Source: Azolla caroliniana
Lineage: Eukaryota > Plantae > Polypodiophyta
Direction of reading: 5' to 3'
Assembly: GCA_043228905.1 (NCBI GenBank)
Contig: JBHGNT010000014.1
Location: 12,772,001 to 12,836,000 of the forward strand
DNA: 64,000 bases
Shown here: in pieces, positions 61,557 to 64,000 of the stretch
How the letters are laid out: every line of letters starts with the position of its first letter
Numbering within the stretch: position 1 is the stretch's first letter
Notes under the pieces: generated by a model
Told to the model about the DNA's origin: nothing
Seen by the model: the letters and a program-made list of their open reading frames with translations, nothing else
Database searches by the model: none
Translations under genes and position numbers: made by a program

Positions 61557-64000
61557 TGTCGTGAAGATTTCCGGCTATAGTGTGAAACCGGGGTGGAATG
61601 GGCAAGTTGGTGGTATGCAACATGTGCACATGTATACTAGAAAATGGTGTATAGAAATAAGAGGGGAAATTTTATCCCACATTGTAAGGTCCCTCCCTCG
61701 GGCTATAAAAGGAAGGGAGGGGTCACTTATGAAAGCGTTGCCTATTTTGAGTGAGAGAGGCATACCACTTAGGTGGAGGGTTTCCTATTCGGTTTTAGGG
61801 TTTTGGTTAGGGTTTCTTCTAGGGTTTTCTTCTTGGGTTTCCTTTGACTTCGAGGAGATGGAAGAAGACTTCGACTTCGAGGAGATGATGGCAAAGATCG
61901 TGATGGAAGCTGGACGGAAGATGGCGAAGCGAGATGTGGCTCAACAAGTTATTGAAAGGGTGGTCGATCGAGTCGGCCGGTTCAATGGGAATGAGGTCCC
62001 AAATTTTTTGAGAGCTTACAATGCCGAGATGACGGAGTGACAAGGCTAGATTTTTTTTGTCAAGTGGCGGCCGTATCAAGGTACGAAGAGGTCAAGGAGC
62101 TCCGAGAAGCTCACGAATCATGGGAGTCCTTTGAGGTAGCTCTATTGGAGGCGTACGGGTATGTGGAACCGGAAGGAAGAGGTCGACATGAGTTCGATCG
62201 GTGGGTGGCGTCGGCGAGGCGTCATCAGAGCGCGATGGAGGCATTCCGAAAGTTCGAGCGTCGTTTCTCTCAACTCTCGGAGTGGGAACGGAGATCGGTG
62301 GGGGCAGACAAAGTCCTCCTATTTTTGAAGAGAGTCCATCATGAGGAGAGGATGGACGTCCTATTTGAGCTTCAAGATGATTATGGAGCACATGGTCTCA
62401 CCGAGGAGTGGTCTGAGGTGGAATGGGTGTGCCGGCAACATGATGTGAGGCGGTCGGCCACAACACGGCCCGCGAGCAGCGGAGAAGAGAGAGCGGCGAG
62501 TGACTACGCACTACCGCCGGAAGAGAGCTCAACGCAAAATGGTTTGGAGGAGCTCGACCTAGAAGCGCTAATACGGGAGGCATTCGAGCTTGTGAAGGCG
62601 AAAATCGAAGCTGAAGAAAGGTTTATTATGGAGTCAGGCCGGAGTCGATCGGAGGATGCGGAGGAAGAAGCCTCCCTAAGCGTAGAAGGCGGGGCCTATA
62701 CAGGGGCCAGGAGAGCGTACGACGGCGACATGGGAGAGAGTGCGGAGCAAGTGACGCTCTTGCCTTGTGGTGAAGGGATGGCCATGGAGGCTGGTAACTA
62801 CGGATTCGGGACATGGCGGCCCGAAACATCGAGTGGGGAGGAGACAAGCGGTGGTGCCACGACCTTACACACACTGGCCCTAGAGGCTCCGGCGGTTGGC
62901 CCGAGTGCCGACGTGAGACCTAGAGCGACGAGCGGTGGCGGTGGCAAGGCGGGCAACCGAGACGACGACGAAGATTGTAGCGGACGGAGGCAAGACCCCT
63001 TGACACCGGGGCCAGAGACTACGATGGTTGCGCTCGAATGCCAACATAATTTCGGAGAGAAGGGCTGTGGCCGTGAGGAGGCGTGGCCTGGAGCGAACAC
63101 GTACGAAGATGAGGATGCGAGGCCCGGAACGGGCATATACAAGAGGACCGATGGAGAGGTCGAGAGCGACAAAGAGGAGAGAGTCGGGGACCGACTCAAC
63201 CGGAAGACGAAGCGGAAGAAGAGTGAAGTGGGGGCCGGTCAGCCGGGCCCAAACCGAAAGAAGCCGGCAAGACCGGGATTGTTTGATCGACTCCTTACCG
63301 GCCGGTTACGGTTACGATGGGAGCTGGTAAGAGCGAGAAGGAGGGTAACCGGGCACGACGAGTACGGATTGGTGAGAGGCCGAGAGCAAGAGGAACCCTC
63401 CACACCTATTCTTGAGACTTTGGTGGTTGCGGATCAACGTAATACCAAAGAGACAGCGGGTGGCGGTGAGGAGTTGGAGGCCAATGCGGAATCGGGGACC
63501 GGAGCGGATATCCGATGCGGGAAGACGGACGAGCGGGGCCAAGACGGCAAGCCGAAGTCGGAAGGGGCTACGGCAATGAAGGACAAAGAGACCAACGCGG
63601 AGGTCGGGTCTATGACGGATGAAGCGTGTAACACGAAGCATGCATTACGGCGTAAAACGGAGTATGCACTACGAACGGCGAAGGGCCAAGAAGCAAGCAT
63701 GCACCCGGAAGAGTAACAACGAGTGACCGGCAACGGCGGACCGGTCGAGCCTTTGAGAGTCAAACATGCGGCAAGAGACGGAGCGGTGAGTTTCCGGGAT
63801 CGGCGGATGAATGACGAGAGCGGAGGATGGTGTGCAGAGAGCAAAGAACTATGCATCGGGGAGAGAAAAAGCGGCTTCCCGAAGGGCATGCAAGGCCAAG
63901 CAGGCCAAGAGGGCGCAAGTCGAGGCAAGGCGGTAACGAGAGCCTCGAGGGACACCGACACGGAGGTCAGGATGACGGTACGCTCTACGGTGAGAGAGCA
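61557..64000 (+). mobile_element. Gypsy-like element G related to C: LTR start plus gag-derived ORF, running off the window
   Basis: Begins TGTCGTGAAG like the C LTRs and has a similar ctataaaagg TATA region. Gag N-terminus VIERVVDRVGRFNGNEVPNFLRAYNAEM...ADKVLLFLK...GLTEEW aligns with C gag. No pol visible in the window. Confidence 0.78.

Overview
Eukaryotic land-plant nuclear DNA. A seed-free plant such as a fern or lycophyte is my inference from the retrotransposon types; it is not proven. The window has two parts. (1) About 1-26 kb is an AT-rich gene island with five host genes: a 2-exon DnaJ (J20-like) co-chaperone, an intronless P-class PPR gene with an unusual N-terminal tandem repeat, a 3-exon group IId WRKY factor, a 3-exon PMEI-pro-domain pectin methylesterase and an intronless GT47 (MUR3/exostosin-like) glycosyltransferase. 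A hAT-like MITE and local tandem duplications also lie here. (2) About 27-64 kb is a block of nested transposons that can be resolved by target-site duplications (TSDs). An old plus-strand Copia (D) contains a Copia (B). B in turn contains a very young intact Copia (A: 606-bp LTRs, one uninterrupted gag-pol ORF) and a Gypsy (C: tRNA-Trp primer site, 4-bp TSD, probable -1 frameshift after the protease). Beyond this nest are five solo LTRs with perfect TSDs, a second nest (partial LTR > Copia F > solo LTR and Gypsy-like G), and a decayed DNA transposase with Sola2-type motifs whose intron is a ~1.1-kb palindromic TAGCTA satellite. The best leads are the Sola2-like element, the TATA-enclosing hairpin conserved across Copia LTR families, and the expression and targeting features of the Gypsy family. 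All coordinates and mismatch counts were read by eye; no database searches were run.
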